Positions 63,161 through 64,000 of a DNA stretch of 64,000 nucleotides are shown here, piece after piece. The first letter of the stretch is position 1. Every line of letters starts with the position of its first letter. The notes under the pieces were generated by a model, which was given only the letters and a program-made list of their open reading frames with translations, did no database searches and was not told where the DNA came from. The translations under genes and the position numbers were made by a program. The DNA comes from Heteronotia binoei. Its lineage: Eukaryota. Where the stretch lies: NCBI RefSeq assembly GCF_032191835.1, contig NC_083233.1, positions 47,244,001-47,308,000 of the forward strand. Direction: 5' to 3'.

Positions 63161-63758
63161 AAGAAGAAGAAGAAGAAGAAGATATTGGATTTATATCCCG
63201 CCCTCCACTCCAAAGAGTCTCAGAGCGGCTCACAATCTCCTTTACCTTCCTCCCCCACAACAGACACCCTGTGAGGTGGGTGGGGCTGGAGAGGGCTCTC
63301 ACAGCAGCTGCCCTTTCAAGGACAACCTCTGCCAGAGCTATGGCTGACCCAAGGCCATGCTAGCAGGTGCAAGTGGAGGAGTGGGGAATCAAACCCGGAT
63401 CTCCCAGATAAGAGTCCGCACACTTCACCACTACACCAAACTGGCTCTCCCTGCCCAGAGCCCCTGCCCACTCCCCCCCTTCCCCTCCCCTCCCCTCCCC
63501 TCCCCTCCCCTCCCCCCCGCTCCTGGCTTCCTCGCAAGTTTGAATTTTGCTCTTGGGCATGACGAGCACGTGGCCCGAGCTCCGCTCTCCGCCTGTCCGA
63601 TTAAGGGCTTCGGTTTGTGTCTCCTTTCTCCCTCGCAGGCGCTCTCTTGCTGGCGGCCCACTTCTACAGCTGGGCAGGGCCCACCCCGACCCCGCTGATT
63701 CCCGGCACTGCCCTGGGGGCCTTGCTGCTCGTTTTGTCGCTTCTTCTGGCATATGCAG
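62590..63758 (+). CDS. Unidentified multi-pass membrane protein, 5' part: join(62590-62635,63639-63758), continuing beyond the window
   Basis: gaaATGg Kozak; both exons phase-1 GT-AG; MESLHRAVGLLAIAAGALLLAAHFYSWAGPTPTPLIPGTALGALLLVLSLLLAYAG gives two hydrophobic helices. Confidence 0.7.
63163..63449 (-). mobile_element. Young Squam3(B-like) gecko SINE in intron 1 of the membrane-protein gene (partial copy also at ~62255-62368)
   Basis: Near-identical to 52406-52692; (GAA)n at 63163-63181. Confidence 0.88.
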
Positions 63759-64000
63759 GTGAGAACATGGTGGCTGGTCTGGGAAGCTCGGGAAGGCAAG
63801 CTGAGGGTTTTTTCGTGTATATGTTAATACTAGTGTATTTTTGCCAGTTTACCTACCTAATGTGTGTGGGGAGGGGAGAGGCCAGGGCTCAGTGGAAGAG
63901 CATCTGCTTGACATGCAGAAGGTCCCAGGTTTAGTCCCCTGCTTCTCCAGTGGAAAGGACCGGTCGCACTAGGTGGTGTGAAAGACCTCAGCCTGAGCCC

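Noticed and set aside
63475-63520. (CCCCT)n, poly-C (~15813-15832) and G-runs (~41350-41390) as functional G-quadruplexes
   Set aside because: Common simple repeats with no locus-specific support.
63874-63960. tRNA gene
   Set aside because: A/B-box-like head runs into SINE body; no cloverleaf.

Overview
Vertebrate genomic window, very probably a gecko: it carries young Squam3-type, Sauria and 5S-derived squamate SINEs. It holds five spliced genes. (1) The last 8 coding exons of TAF1 (+, 978-10011). (2) A complete 22-exon OGT (+, 15415-35787, 1045 aa). (3) A divergent centrin/caltractin paralog (+, 42782-53415). (4) A GATD3/ES1-like DJ-1-superfamily gene with no mitochondrial presequence (-, 58403-54912). 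(5) The first two exons of an unidentified membrane-protein gene (+, from 62590, running off the window). Mobile DNA includes L1, L2, Penelope (one copy with an intact-looking minimal hammerhead core), hAT-type MITEs with clean 8-bp TSDs, and a ~5 kb decayed Harbinger element (spliced DDE transposase plus a Myb-like partner) inside a GC-AG centrin intron. The strongest hunt signals are RNA-level features in OGT. Intron 4 has a candidate decoy exon with several 5' splice sites. One site in it has two mutually exclusive long-range base-pairing partners, and one partner is the ATG-less, out-of-frame relic of the human mOGT N-terminus. The region downstream of the stop carries a 17-nt acceptor/donor unit ending in a perfect U1 site. 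All coordinates were read by hand. No alignments or folding programs were run, and comparisons with human or fish sequences are from memory.
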